DNA of 54,556 nucleotides from an uncultured Coxiellaceae bacterium (GTDB lineage Bacteria; Pseudomonadota; Gammaproteobacteria; DSM-16500): NCBI GenBank assembly GCA_964533645.1, contig CAZHMQ010000001.1, positions 1 to 54,556 of the forward strand, read 5' to 3'. Shown piece by piece: positions 54,467 to 54,556 of this stretch (position 1 is its first letter; each line of letters starts with the position of its first letter). The notes under the pieces were generated by a model. It saw only the letters and a program-made list of their open reading frames with translations, ran no database searches and was not told where the DNA came from. The position numbers and the translations under genes were made by a program.

Positions 54467-54556
54467 TTAAAATTAAAAAAGCAATTTACAACTTTATAAC
54501 GTTAATTTTTAATACCTCCTTCCCCTTTCCCCCATAGGCATCAAGCTAAGGAAAGC

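Overview
Low-GC gammaproteobacterial chromosome segment. A Legionella-like origin is inferred from pilin-pilBCD-coaE-zapD-yacG synteny plus several eukaryotic-like domains; it has not been verified.

(1) Positions 1-25520 are a composite, tandemly built genomic island inserted in the 3' end of tmRNA (ssrA).
- It carries a P4-type integrase.
- A tightly coupled five-gene type I R-M operon (RHH-hsdM-hsdS-X-hsdR) follows, with an Abi_C/HEPN-like gene in the slot PrrC occupies in the E. coli prr locus.
- Next is an AlpA plus split-primase replication module.
- Conflict-type cargo follows: a TM0106-type RecB-like nuclease, a Fic protein with a 2-TM partner, and a 927-aa PrimPol-SF2 helicase-DUF559 fusion.
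- Then comes a very AT-rich 4.7 kb cassette bracketed by about 90 bp direct repeats. It encodes a secreted 708-aa protein with a permuted-papain-like His..Cys order, a polytopic membrane protein and an SDH/Clp-fold serine protease.
- A 1.2 kb integrase-less remnant ends at a 16-bp exact copy of the tmRNA core.

(2) Positions 25.5-48.2 kb are an accessory, effector-like region.
- It holds two MFS transporters, a GNAT acetyltransferase and a SET-domain protein followed by an ankyrin-tail remnant.
- It also holds a frameshifted S9 peptidase, a zeta-like P-loop kinase, an FAD oxidoreductase divergent from a VanX-type dipeptidase, and a ubiquitin-like domain protein with hydrophobic hairpins.
- A CopA-CopB fusion and a RelE/HTH toxin-antitoxin pair complete it.
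- A 185-bp imperfect palindrome and a 19-bp exact direct repeat are not explained by genes.

(3) Positions 48.2-54.5 kb are conserved core: tRNA-Thr(CGU), type IV pilin, pilB, pilC, pilD, coaE, zapD and yacG.

No CRISPR array, rRNA, transposase or reverse transcriptase was seen. All family calls come from motifs read by eye, and no database search was possible.
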